A DNA stretch of 64,000 nucleotides from Macrostomum lignano (GCA_002269645.1 NIVC01001827.1:62001-126000); one strand, 5' to 3'. Shown: positions 51,413-64,000, counted from the stretch's first letter. Made by a program: numbers and translations. Notes: generated by a model from the letters alone, not told the origin.

Positions 51413-53597
51413 CTCTTTATTCTCCTATTTCCTCTTCTCTCTCCCTGTCTCTCCTCTCTCCTCTAGTCTCTGTAATCTCTTCTCTCCCATCTTTCTTCTC
51501 CTCTCTACTCTCTCCCCTCCATTCTCCTCTTTTCTCTCCTCTCGCCTCACTCACTTCTCTCTCCCTTTGTCTCTCCTCTCGTCTCTGTAATCTCTTCTCT
51601 CTTCTCTCTCTTCTGTTCTCTCTATTCTCCCATCTCTCGTCTGTTCATTTTCGTCTCTGCTCTCAGCTCATCCCCCCTCTTTCATCTGTCATCTTTACTG
51701 TCTTAATGTTCTCTCATTTTGTCCTCTGTACTCTTTTCTTTCACCTCTTTTGTCTCCTCACTTTCCTTTCTCCTTTCTTCTCTTCTCTTCTCTTCCCTCT
51801 TCTATATACTCTCTCCATCTCTTGTCTCGTCTCTTCTCTCTCCACTCTCCTCCTTTATCTCTCATCTCTCATTTCTCATCTCTCCTTACACCTCTCTCAT
51901 CTGTACAACTTTATCTCTTCTCTCTTCCATTCTCTCTCTTATCTCTCCTTTCTCCTCTTTACTAACTCCTCTCTACTCGCTCCTCTACACTCTCCTCTCC
52001 ACTCGCTACTCTACTGTCTACTCTCTCCTATCTACTCTACTGTCTACTCTCTCCTATCTACTCGCTCCTCTACTCGCTCCTCTACTCTCTCCTCTCTACT
52101 CGCCCCTCTACTCGCTCTTCTACTCTCTCCTCTCTACTCGCTCCTCTCTACTCTTTCCTCTCCACTCGCTACTCTACTCTCTACTCTCTCCTCTCTACTC
52201 GCTACTCTACTCTCTCCTCTCTACTCGCTCCTCTCTACTCTTTCCTCTCTACTCGCTCCTCTACTCTCTCCTCTCTACTCGCTCCTCTACTCTCTCCTCT
52301 CTACTCTCTCCTCTCATCGTCCTCACTCCCTCATCTCTCCTATTATCTTTTATCTTTTCTCTTATTCCCTCTCTCACCTCTCCTCTCTTTTCGAATAGTC
52401 TATTCCTTCTTCTCCCCACTCTCAACTGCCCCTCAGCCATAAGCTGGATTCTTTTCTGGACTTAGAGGTAAAAGTCTGCCCATTCCTGCTTAGAAAGCCA
52501 GTTTGTGGGACGTAGTACTCTCATGGCTGTTCTCATGCTTTGATCATGTCACCTTTCTTGCCAATTTGCAAGCCCTGAAAAGAATTTTTGTATCTTCAGC
52601 TCCACTGCAGTCTGCATCAGTCTAACAACCAAGGAAATACGCATTTCTTAGGAGGCCATTTAAAATTTACACAGTACCTTTAAAAGAAACCTAAAATTTC
52701 CATGGTGTGCCTAATTTAGTAGGGTTATATTGCATTGCATCGCATCGCCTTTTCATAAATCTTTCGCTTTTACAAACCATGCTGGATTCCCTCGATTTGC
52801 CAATTGCCATCCAGTGTTAAACTGCTGCAGAGTTTGCCAATACAGAGGGGAGGCAGTGGTTAGAATTCTCACTAAACTGTTATGGCTAAACGTAGCCTCT
52901 CCACTCTCGGGTGCAGAGAAGGTTATAAATAAAGCTATTCCAAAACACTGTACATTCGCTATGTACATTGAGCCCTATCGCCTGACCCTTCGTCTGGACT
53001 GCGGGAATGAGTGAGTTGAGCGCCACAAACAACAGAAAAAGCAGACAAACTTCACATGCTTACAGTTTCTGTTCTGATTGAGTTACAGAGTTAAGACTTA
53101 ACATTTAGACAGAGAATGAGTCAATGAAGAATTGTGTCAAGTTTGAAGTCAATCGCTTCACGTGGAGCAAACTTATGGCAGCCGAAAGTTAGTCATTTTA
53201 AACCCCTTTTTCACATCTGGGCCCAGATCGGGAAAGAGAGGCAGGCGGGCGGAGGTTGGGGTGGCTGCCTCGCTGAAAAAACAGCCTAACTTTAAAAGTG
53301 CACAGCGGCTTTCAGGAGTAACTTTGAGATTTGAAATTTTACACGATTGTGTCAAAATAGTTGAAAATTGCCTGTGTCAAATTTGAAGAGAATCGGTAGA
53401 AGTGGAGCGGCGCTATGGAGGATTTAGTTAAAAAATCGCGCATTTTGAGCAGTTTTTTGTACTTTTAGGTAGGAAGACTTGAGTCTAGGAAATTAAAAGG
53501 TAGCCTAAGACATTCTCCGTAGTAAGTTTAGGGTGGGTGTAAAGTTTGGTGTAATTTGGTTGAGCGGTTTGGGAGTCCATAGCGAAGTAATTTGTCC

Positions 53598-53630
<33 letters not shown>

Positions 53631-53652
53631 GTTTTGATTTTTATAGGTAGAG
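50615..53652 (+). mobile_element. Helitron/Lep1-like unit 2, head-to-tail with unit 1
   Basis: Collinear with unit 1 from end to end, with many substitutions and a different CT-rich expansion; no spacer at the junction. Confidence 0.65.
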
Positions 53653-55195
53653 ATTTTTAACTGATGATATTAACTGTCTGCTGACTACTGGCCATGGACT
53701 GGCAGTTATAGGGACTGAATCGTTGACTTGTGAGTTAACAAATTCCAAACTCCCTAATTTATGCCTGTTTAGTTCATGAAAATTATAGTCCTAATTACTC
53801 ACATGCAAGAGCCAAGATCCCGAGCTTGATCGAAAATACCCCCGAAGCCTTTGTGCAGGGAAGATGGCCATTAGAAAAAAATAGGAAATTTGGTTAGTAC
53901 CTAGCAATTTTCCGCCAAGAAATACATTACACATACGAGCGTACTAGTTTCTGTTCTTAATTCAATTTTTGCAGCACATGTACAATTCTGTCCTTTTACA
54001 TGTATAAGGACCAACCGTTAGGAGCCCCAAGCCCAAAATGGAGCAACCAGTTAACTTAATCAACAAACATCCTTCTTTATGACGACGCTAAGACCGAATC
54101 GGGTAACATCGACGAGGTCAAGTTACATGTTAGTATCGTGCATGGTTCCTACCGTTCCTCTGGTTGCAGTCAGAGATGATCGAGAAACCTACATGTAGGT
54201 TGATTCTATTCGTATCCGAAAATGTCAACATTTTACAGCTCCAAAAGATCCAGTAAAACTATATATTTTCTAGCGCTTTTAAAAATTCCAAAAGTTTGCT
54301 TTGACCCTGAAAAAATCGACGTGAGCATTCTAACGCCAGCAGACATGTACTTAAGTAGTGCTTGCTGAGTACAGGGTTCAAATATTTATATTTGTGGTAA
54401 AAACTAATGCAAAGAGGGTTTTCCAGATTGGAGAGGCATAGACCCCTAACCAGTATTATCCATAAACATGAGTATAAGTTGTTTATACCCTCCTCTAGCT
54501 GTGATAACTGCATGTTAGATAGATTGTGAGTCGTGACACGCGCTCAATGCTTGCAATGCGATTTGGAGTTTCAAACCCGGAATTAAAAATTTTGCAAGCC
54601 AAAAAGCCATAGGTCCCTTGTTATTTAAGCCCAAAAAAGCCCTTGAAATGGCCTAGAAAATTTCTCAGCAGCTGTGTGTTTGGATAGCAAAAAGGCCAAA
54701 CATTACATTAGTTTGACTGATTTTTCTTCGAATTATCGGAAACAAAAGAAAACGTTCAGAAGTATGGTCCAGAGCTTGCAATGGTAACAACCAGTCAACC
54801 ACAGTCAAAATATTAACACATTATAGGCCTTTTAGTATTAGGGGCCTATATTTTAATTTAATAAAGCACAGAAACTAAGACACGGTACAGCAGATAGTAC
54901 AGTACTACTTTTCTTTCTATCTTTTTTCCAGACCAAGGGGCCGGGCTAGGCAGCTAGGCTTAACCTAAACCTACTACATAAAAATTACATTAAATGTCAT
55001 AGGACAAATTTTCCAGGTGCTGGGGGTACTTTTTAAACTTTGTTGACTCTTTTGAGATGAGAAATTAAGATACAATGCAATGCAGTTAGAAATTTAAGGT
55101 CTATGTATCATGCATGTAGCCTATAGTAGGCCTAAGCATAGGCCTAGTATATCTCTTATTTATGTCTAGACTCTAGTCTAGGGCTAGGCCATAGG

Positions 55196-55769
55196 CAGGT
55201 GCAGATCCAGAAAATTTTTGAGGAGGGGGCCAAGCTATACCAAGCACTACAACCCCATATTGGAAAATAGACCTAGCATAGTAGCAGGCTAAAAAGTACG
55301 AAGAGCTTGCGTGCACGGCCGCCGTTCATGGTTCACGTAAGCTCAGAATTGCGTGCACGGCAGAGCTATATCTTATAGGCTTATACAGTAAGTCATATAC
55401 TATTTGAATTAATATTCAAGTTAACAAAAAAACAATGAATTAAGATTACATTTGCAGTCCATGGTGTACGGGGGATAAAACATTATAAAACAATATAGTA
55501 AAAATATTTTTTAATTAGGTTTGCAATGCCAATGCGTGGATTTAAGGGCCCCAGTCCCGGCCAATTGCCGGCTGCCGTGCACGCAATTACAACACTAGGT
55601 GTACGGCTGCATACATGCAAATAAAGCACTAGGTAGATAGCCGCCGTGCACGCAATTCTGAGCTTACGTGAACGGCTGCCGTGCACGCAAGCTCTTCGTA
55701 AAAAGGATGACCAATTTTTTTTTGGCTGCAGCTGAGAGGGGCCTTGGCCCCCCTCTAGATCTGCCCCTG
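55196..55769. mobile_element. hAT-type MITE with 15-bp imperfect TIRs and 8-bp TSD
   Basis: CAGGTGCAGATCCAG / CTAGATCTGCCCCTG; flanks GCCATAGG (55188-55195) and GCCCTAGG (55770-55777). Confidence 0.7.
55299..55698. mobile_element. TA-flanked MITE nested in the hAT MITE
   Basis: TA|CGAAGAGCTTGCGTGCACGGC...GCCGTGCACGCAAGCTCTTCG|TA; TIR about 60 bp with an internal repeat of TTGCGTGCACGGC. Confidence 0.8.
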
Positions 55770-55992
55770 GCCCTAGGGGTCTTATTGCATTGATTATTTA
55801 GTTTGTTTATAATTTGATAGAGGCTATATCTAGACAAGTCAAAATAATTTACTTAGGCCTAGGCCCCCTAGCCTATTTAAAAGATGTATAGTATAAGGCC
55901 TACTGCATAGGCCCTAGTTCTTGTTGGCTATAGACCTAGTACCAAATATACACTGTATACATGAGAATTTTTTGCTCTGGATGCTACATTAT

Positions 55993-56297
55993 TAGAGATG
56001 TTCCAAAATAGCATTTTTTGTCAAAATCAAAATTTGTGAACTTTTTGAAATTAAAATTGAAATTTTCCAAAATCAAATTTAGAAAAACAAAGTTTATTAT
56101 GACCAATACTCACTTTTTACTTTTGATTTACTGCTTATGCATAACAAAATATATGTAGGCCTATATATAATAGAAATTAGTTTATTTTTAGCCACTTTTT
56201 AGATACTTCCAAAATTTTGACTTTTGAATTTTAAAAGATATAAATTCACTTTAAAAAAATGTTGGGAAATTGTAATGGAAAATTTGGAACATCTTTA
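55993..56297. mobile_element. Degenerate hAT-type MITE (TAGAGATG...CATCTTTA)
   Basis: TAGAGATGTTCCAAAAT versus ATTTGGAACATCTTTA; flanks TACATTAT / AGCATTAT. Confidence 0.5.
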
Positions 56298-56439
56298 AGC
56301 ATTATAAATGATAAGTGTATAGGCCCAAAGGTATTAGGCCCCCTTTTATATATATTTATTTGCTAGAGCAGCAGCCAATAGAAAAGGAAAGTGCATATGC
56401 AGGCACTAGGCTAGGGCTTATGTGCCTATGCACGCACTA

Positions 56440-58730
56440 TGCTTCAAAAAAATTTCAAAAGTGCTCTGGACGCCATCCGCATTTTACAACTTTTTCCTAT
56501 AGAGAGTCCTATATATAGCACTGCTATGTTAAACATACCAAAGAACTTTGCCAACTCCTTGATGCATACTATATATACAGTATTAAACTGTGGTGAAATG
56601 ACACTTACCAAGTGGACCATGGTGCACATCATTGCCATTCCAAAAAAGCTGGGCACTACATGGCTAGATGAGCACCAAGGCATCTGCCTGCAATCCTATG
56701 CTGCAAAGTTGTTCAACCGGATGCTGCTATCGTGGTTGCAACCCATACTGGATCCCTACCTGCGACCTGAGTAGAATGGGTTTTGGCCCTATTGTGGTAT
56801 GCTAGTGCAGGTCTTAGCTCTTCGCCAAATCATTGAGGAGGCACACACGCGCCAGTTGGACCTGATTGTTGTCTTCATTAACTTCATGAAGGCATTCAAC
56901 TTGGTTGCAAGGGCTGCACTCCCACATGTGTTCCATGCATATCATGTACCAGAACAGCTGATCTCTGCCATAATGGCATTGTACTGTACTACAAGAGCAG
57001 CTGTGATGATGCCGGATGGCCTGTTGGACTCCTTTGAGACATCCTCTGGGGTGCTCCAAGGGGACACTCTAGTGCCCTTCCTGTTTGTCTTGGTGCTTGA
57101 CTGGGTGCTACAAACTGCTCTTCCCATTGACAAAGATGGCTTCCTACTGTGGCAACGCATGGGTCAACATCAACTAGAGAAATGGCTCAGTGTGGTTGGC
57201 TATGCTGATGACCTTGCCCTGCTGTCCTCGACCATAGAGGGTGCTCAGTGCCAGTAGCACTGCAGCAAGCATCACCCTGGTGGTCAACACAAAGACCATT
57301 GTGCTCTGTGTGCAGGGCGACATCGAGGCCACAATTTTCTGTCAAGGTGCTGGTGGGCAGGTAACGGAGCTTCTGCATTGTCAGCAGTTCGTCTTCCTTG
57401 GCAGTCTGGTACCTGACGTCTGCAAAGATCTGTGGCATTGCCGCGGGCTTGCTTGGGCTACCTTTTGCTCTGTGAGGGTGGTCCTGCAGTCCAAGGCCCT
57501 ACCTGACCGCCAGAGGGCAGCGCTGTTCTAGGTGGTGGTCGAGATCATCCTGTTGTACAATGCCAAGACCTGGATGCTGACGGATTTGCTCAAACAGCAA
57601 GTCAATGTGGTGCATGCTGGCCTGCTATGCGCCACCTTTAAGATCAGCCACGAGTGGATCACTAATGCGGCACTCTATTGCCGCACCAGCCTGGCCCATC
57701 CAAGTGAACTGCTGCAAGTTCAGCGACCAGCTGGCAGGCCACATCATCCGCACCAAGTCCTACTGGCTCATTCCATATAAGCATGGTCGTAACATGACAG
57801 GTTATTTTTACTTATAAAATGAAATCTAATAATAGAATATACTAAACCAATATTTTAAATGAAAGATTATTTTGTCTAGAATATATTTATAGAGTTTCAT
57901 ATAGATATCATCATTAGTATAGATGCTATTAAACCTTAAATGACACTTATGGTCGTAACGACAGGATTTTTGACATATAGAAACTAAAAGGTAAAAGTCT
58001 TATAACATTTTTCATTTTTGATATTTTGCAATACATTTTTAAAATTTGACTAAGAACATCTTTAGAAATCATACTCTTTTATTAGAATATATAAACTCAA
58101 AAGGCAACAAAGATACAAAAGAAAAGGCAGCCTTATGGTCGTAACATTATGGTCGTAATATATTTTTTTCTGTCAATTCAGTAACTTTGAGGTACTAATA
58201 CATTAAAAATATAATAGATTATTTGGTCACCAATGCTTTTATCTGATGATGCAAGTACTATACTTTTATCTATAGTTTGTTTCAACCTTCAAAAGCTTTC
58301 TATTTGTTTTTAAAAGGTACAAAATCTTAATGATGTCTTTTGCTTCGAAAAATGTCCAAATTTTTACAAAAATGACTTTTTGCCAATTGATAACATACTA
58401 ACCCAACATTTTACCATTCCTATATTCTTAGATTGTATATATTGCACAATATAAACATTTGGTAAAAAAATAGGCTAATTAGGCAATGGCAAGCAAAAAT
58501 ATTGACTTTTTTCTATTTTCCAAATATGTCCATCTTATATGGAATGAGCCTACTGCCCGCAGCTAGTGCAAGAGGTGCTGCTGCTAATGCTGCAGGCACC
58601 CTACTGGTGTGGCCAGGCCCAAACTTGGCGTTTCATTGACTGCCTGCTGGCCGACGCTGGTGCCCTGGACTCTGCTGGTGGTGTGGCCTTTGTTTGCACC
58701 CAGGCTCTGAAGCATGCCCTGTGACACTGC
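56440..58730 (+). mobile_element. Decayed RTE-like non-LTR retrotransposon reverse transcriptase, split by a MITE
   Basis: IIAIPKK, AAKLFNRMLL, QVLALRQIIE, FINFMKAFN, SGVLQGDTL.PFLF, GYADDLALL, AGHIIR; stops at 56772 and 57255. Coding continues at 58555 (CPQLVQEVLL...FIDCLLADAG). Confidence 0.88.
57765..58550. mobile_element. Non-autonomous DNA transposon (786 bp) with 17-bp perfect TIR and 4-bp TSD TACT
   Basis: TACT|GGCTCATTCCATATAAG...CTTATATGGAATGAGCC|TACT. Excision restores RTE codons TCC TAC TGC CCG. Internal repeats of ATGGTCGTAAC. Confidence 0.88.
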
Positions 58731-58992
58731 TTTTTTTCCACCTGACAGTGTACTTTGTTGTTCTTATTGCTGTGTATTAAACTGCCTAGGACCTTGTTGC
58801 ACATGAGACTTTTCTATCAAAAATGGTATATTATGGCTGTATTTTTGACAAAATTTTTGGTATCATGTTAAACACTTTAATGTAATAGTGTATCTTAATA
58901 TAAAACCAGTATTTGGCCCTTAGTAAAATTGAAAAATGTATCAATTTAGTGCAGTTCCTCATTTTTTCAAGGAATTATTATAATTATAAAAA

Positions 58993-59075
58993 ACTAGCTG
59001 TTGAAACCCACAGATTTTGAACCTGCTAAATTCCAACCTTTAGAACTATTTTTGTATATATTCCATTAAAAATAA
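58993..59075 (+). mobile_element. Degraded 5' end of the Helitron/Lep1-like family
   Basis: ACTAGCTGTTGAAACCCACAGATTTTGAACC matches the starts at 47697 and 50615. Confidence 0.6.
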
Positions 59076-60270
59076 ATATCATTAAAATATATGATATACT
59101 TATATTTATATATAACTTGATCTTTACCTTTTCCATGGTTTCTATAATCTATTTGCTTACTTATAAGGTTTATTTAAAATCTTTGGCATAAGTTTAAACC
59201 TAGCCTTGCCATAAATACCTAATGAAAAAACCAATAAAAAAGAATTTTTTTAAATAGTCTAGTATAAAAAAGATAGAACTATATAACATGTATACTTTTT
59301 TGTAAAGAGTAAAATAAATTATATTAAGTAACATTTTTTAATCCTGTTACAAATTTTGCATTCTAGAAAAAAGTTTTTATTTTTATTTTTTTCCAAGAAA
59401 AATTGGATATAGAAAAGATTATATTGAACTCATTTAAAAAAATGCAAGTAATAGCCAAATTGATTGGTTGCAGTCATTGAAAGTTTATATCCCTCTTTTG
59501 ATATATGAATAAACATGTGGTGGATTTGATCTACTCTTATATACATTATGCAGGGCATAAAATCCTTTCATATATAGTTTATACTCAGGACTATGGGGTG
59601 TATACAGCAATGTTGTTTTTAATATAGTTGATATACTATCTTGACCATTATAGGAACAAGATGCTTTTTCATATAATTAAATTTTTGAAAGGCTTCATTA
59701 TCATAACTATGACTCATGTCAGTTTATAACTAATTAGCTACCCTATGAAGTCATAAAAAAAATACTTAAATTTTCATTTGTTTTTGCCAAAGTTTAGTCT
59801 ATTTAAAAATTATAGAAATGCATAATGATACATTTATTTTTTTGTTGTTTTTTGTCCAAATAGTTATCCAATCATTCTTATAGACCTTTTAGATCTTATT
59901 AAATAATTTTATTGGCAAAGCATATTGAAAAAGATATTTTAAAAGCAATTAGCTGTCATAATTTTAGGATTTTGATTTTAACTGTGTTGTAAATCATTAT
60001 TTATATTTAACTTTATTGGTTATAGGCTTAGCAACAGTAATAATAGAATTAGATTACAAGCCTTCATAGAAAACAATAATAGAAAATTTTATCAGGATAT
60101 GGTGCAGCACATATCAGTTAGATTCTACTAGATAGACAGGCAATGCTGCCCATTTCATATTTAATAATTTTTAATACGCCACTCCCCAGAAGAGGCAGCA
60201 AGCTCGCAGCGGCGTTGGCAGTCGCCGCAGTCCTACTGGCTCTCCCAGACTAAAAGTTGAGACCAAGGCT

Positions 60271-61811
60271 ATGCAGAAAGCCGTTCACATGTCCTCTGCT
60301 GCCCCTCGGACAAGTTCGAGGCCGGCTAAACCGCCTAAGCCAGTGTACTGCCTGTGCCGGTCTACCGACAGCATCAGGTTCATGATCGCCTGCGACAGCT
60401 GCGAGGAATGGTTCCACGGCGACTGCGTCAGTGTCACGGCCAGCCTGGCGGAGCGCATCGTTGCTTATTATTGCGAGGCCTGTCGCAAGCGAAATCGCCG
60501 CCTAGCTGTGCAATACAAACCGGCGGCATCGCCAACCGCTAACAGCAAGCCAGATGCCAAGCATAGGCGCAGGGGCAAACAGTCGGCCACGCGTAAGCGT
60601 GACGCCAGCGAGGCTTCTAAAAGCAGCAACAGCAGTCCAGCAGAGTCTGCAACAAGGAGAAAGGCTCGGAATGTAAAGAAGCAGCAAGACGGCTCTAAAG
60701 CAGACGGGCCTGCTTCGACGCTGCAGAACGGACGCGGTGGGTCGCCGTCAGGTCGGCAGCAGCGCCGGCAGCGCGGCGGGCAGCAGAGTCGCCGAGCCGA
60801 ACCTGCTCAGCCAGATTCGTCGCCGGACACTGCACGACGGCGCGGCAGGCGGCGTGCGCGGCAGTCGCCGATTCGCCAAATTAGCAACGATGCCAATGAC
60901 GAAGCTATAGTCGATGAAGCTTTGGACGATTCAATCGACGACGTGTCAGCCGAGCTGGTCCCCGACGGTGGAGGCAGCGGCGGTGTTGGTGGCAACAACG
61001 GCATTGTTGTCGTTCCCGATCCGCCCTCGCTGCTGTCCAGCCCGTCTGCCGCCGCCGCCGCCGCAGCCGCTGCCGCTCTCGGCGCTGTCGTTAGCGACGT
61101 CGATGTTGACGAAGACGAAGCCGAAGCTGTTGTTGTTGACGCCGACGATATTGCCGTTGAAGAGGAGATGCTCCTGCCGGCCGAGGACGAGTCGGCCACG
61201 GACGACGAGCTAGAGACGTCCGGTTTCCGGCCGCCGCAGATGGAGTCGGACGTTGAGCAGGACCAGAACTCGCTGCTGGACGAAGACGACTTCGCGTCTA
61301 CCAGCGTTTTCCGATTCCCGAAACGGTGCGGCTACTGCGAGGCCTGTCGGCTGAAGGCGGACTGCGGCCGCTGCGAGGTCTGCCAGGCCAAGAAGCGCTA
61401 CCCGAGCTTCAAGCTGGACAGCGTGGACTGCTTGGCCCGGCAGTGCCGCACAATGGCCAAACTCGGCGGCCGACTCGGCTCTCTGCCCTTTCCCATACAG
61501 AAGCGCGGCCGAGGCCGGCCCTCCAAGGCGTCGCTTAGCAACGAATATTTTCTCTACTTATCCGCCGGGGCCAGGCCGCGTCGGCGCGACGATTATAGCG
61601 GCGGCCATCAGAAGCAGCAGCGACTGTCGCCTGCGCCAGCAGCTCTGTTGCAGCAACAGCAGCAGCAGCAGCAAAGACCTACCGCCGCTGTAGCCGCCCC
61701 AATTGCCGACTTGGGGCGCAAACGGCGGCATCATCAGCAGCACCAGCGTCTGCCTGTTGACGAAGGTCTTTTAGTTGTCCAGCCGGCTTCGCGACCGCAG
61801 TTTTGCACGCC
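60271..61811 (+). CDS. CXXC1-like: CXXC1/CFP1-like protein, exon 1 (PHD finger, acidic linker, CXXC zinc finger, AT-hook)
   Basis: VYCLCR...FMIACDSCEEWFHGDC...YYCEACR; CGYCEAC.5.CGRCEVC.15.C.4.C; KRGRGRPSK; donor CC|GTGAGT, phase 2. Confidence 0.85.
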
Positions 61812-62242
61812 GTGAGTCATTACTAATTCAAAATTCTGTTGTCAATAGCCGTCTTAGCTCAAGGCTCGAACCCATAGATCTTTGTCCATACTCGTAGACC
61901 ACTGAGGATTAGTTTTCAGCGGTGCAAGCGAACATCTTTTCGTCCCCGAAGTCATTTTTGGGTGTCATTTTCTATCCATAGGCCATAGATCTTATATTAT
62001 ACACCCAGTCAAACCATTGAGTCTTATGGGAAGCTTTCCAAGAAGCGGTGATTTCAGCTAGTGTTCAGTAGTTAATGCGCATGTTTGTCAGTAGCTGAAA
62101 AGAGTATTAAATTAACCTTTTTATTCAGCTGTGTCAGCGTAAGACTTGAAATGACTTTGTATGATCAGTGTAAGATTATAATCAGCAAGAGTGCGTTTTA
62201 AATTAACAATAATTTTCTACTCATAAAATTACGAATGGTTTT

Positions 62243-62526
62243 TGGCTAGCGGTTAGAGCGCCGGACTCACGACTCAAAGGTCGGGGGTTCGATTCCTGAC
62301 CCATTCGGAACAATTTGTGTCCTTGAGCAAGACACTTAACTCTGCATTGCTTCAGTTCACCCAGCTGTAAAATGGGTGCCAGCATTAGCTGGGGTAATTG
62401 AGGCTGTGTGGTGACCCCCCAGTCCTTGGACTGAACAGCCGTACGCAGCCTTCAGATGCGCCTTGCAATAGCTGCGGCTGAGCTGTCGGTTGCACAGCTG
62501 GCCATTAGGACAGGTGCAATCTATTA

Positions 62527-62582
<56 letters not shown>
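62243..62582 (+). mobile_element. SINE family B, near full length (tRNA head, CORE-like domain, (TTA)n tail) in the CXXC1-like intron
   Basis: TGGCTAGCGGTTAGAGCG (A box), GGTTCGATTCC (B box), GTGTCCTTGAGCAAGACACTTAAC...CTGTAAAATGGG, TTA tail at 62522-62582. Confidence 0.88.
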
Positions 62583-62657
62583 GTTTAAAGTGTAAAGTAT
62601 ATGTTGTTCTATCATTGCATACGTATTGCATCTTTGACTATATTAATTAACTGCCAG

Positions 62658-62943
62658 GTACGGCCTGAGCTACTCCGATCACTCCTATTGCAAGCACCAC
62701 GCCTCAGGCGGCTGGCAGCGTCAGTCGCCTCAACCAGTTAGCCAGCTCGTATCGCCAGTCAGCTCCGCTGCTGCCGTTGCTGCCGCTTTGTCAGCCGCCG
62801 CGTCGGTGTCGGCCTCAGTTGCTCAGCCATTTAGCCAGCAGCAGCAGCTGATCCAGCAGCACCAGCAGCAGCAGGCATTCTACACGCTGAACGATGACAC
62901 GGACAATTTGAAGGTTACCTGGCCTGAGGAGGCGGCCGCTTAA
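62658..62943 (+). CDS. CXXC1-like: CXXC1-like exon 2 (DHSY motif, Ala/Gln-rich tail, stop); joined protein about 608 aa
   Basis: Acceptor AACTGCCAG|G fits phase 2; reads YGLSYSDHSYCKHH...WPEEAAA*; GC-rich like the other exons. The acceptor has a weak pyrimidine tract. Confidence 0.72.
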
Positions 62944-63089
62944 GTTGTCTGCTTTGTTCGTTTTTTAATTTAACCTTGTTTTTGTAGAGTTCAGCTTGTA
63001 CAGCACTGCGATTCTGTGTATGCGTGATGCGTTTTGCGTATTCTTGTTGTGTATAATGCGTTAGTTTAGCACATTTTGGGTCAAGTTAA

Positions 63090-64000
63090 TTATTGATTGG
63101 TTGATTGATTGACGGCTGATTAATTGATTGATAGATTCACAACTTATTGATTGATTGATTCACAACTGACTGATTGATTGATTGATTCACAACTGACTGA
63201 TTGATTGATTGATTCACAACTGATTGATTGATTGATTGATTCACAACTGATTGATTGATTCACAACTGATTGATTGATTCACAACTGATTGATTGATTCA
63301 CAACTGACTGATTGATTGATTCACAACTGATTGATTGATTCACAACTGATTGATTGATTGATTCACAACTGACTGATTGATTGATTGATTCACAACTGAC
63401 TGATTGATTGATTGATTCACAACTGACTGATTGATTGATTGATTCACAACTGATTGATTGATTCACAACTGACTGATTGATTGATTCACAACTGACTGAT
63501 TGATTGATTCACAACTGACTGATTGATTGATTGATTCACAACTGATTGATTGATTCACAACTGACTGATTGATTGATTCACAACTGACTGATTGATTGAT
63601 TCACAACTGACTGATTGATTGATTGATTCACAACTGATTAATTGATTCACGACTGATTGATTGATTCACAACTGATTGATTGATTCACAACTGACTGACT
63701 GATTGATTGATTCACAACTGATTGATTGATTCACAACTGACTGACTGATTGATTGATTCACAACTGACTGACTGATTGATTGATTCACAACTGATTGATT
63801 GATTCACAACTGACTGACTGATTGATTGATTCACAACTGATTGATTGATTCATAACTGACTGATTGACTGATTCACAACTGACTGATTGATTCACAACTG
63901 ATTGATTGATTGATTCACAACTGACTGATTGATTGATTGATTCACAACTGACTGATTGATTGATTGATTCACAACTGATTGATTGATTCACAACTGATTG
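63090..64000. repeat. Variable-length (GATT)n-CACAACT compound minisatellite
   Basis: Direct reading; runs to the window end. Confidence 0.96.

Overview
Eukaryotic (animal) genomic DNA with GC-rich, Ala/Gln-rich exons separated by introns full of minisatellites. This style suggests a free-living flatworm such as Macrostomum, but that is inference only. Five spliced genes can be reconstructed by eye from GT-AG junctions in compatible phase: (1) the 5' coding exon of an SK/KCNN Ca2+-activated K+ channel (minus strand; the rest lies left of the window); (2) a 3-exon coiled-coil protein (minus); (3) a complete 5-exon NSD-family H3K36 methyltransferase (plus); (4) a 2-exon orphan rhodopsin-type peptide GPCR (plus); (5) a 2-exon CXXC1/CFP1-like PHD+CXXC protein (plus) with an altered CpG-recognition loop and no C-terminal CFP1 domain. 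The remainder is mobile DNA and tandem arrays: an internally deleted Gypsy LTR element plus a solo LTR inside a satellite, two tRNA-SINE families, a 3.1 kb foldback element whose arms are inverted 170-bp satellite arrays, two head-to-tail Helitron/Lep1-like units, several MITEs, and two decayed LINEs. Most long ORFs in the supplied track are artefacts of stop-free repeats. Best leads: the foldback element, an intronic 45-bp array that may supply about 10 in-frame cryptic acceptors, and the divergent CXXC1-like protein. All coordinates and counts were read by eye; no searches were run.
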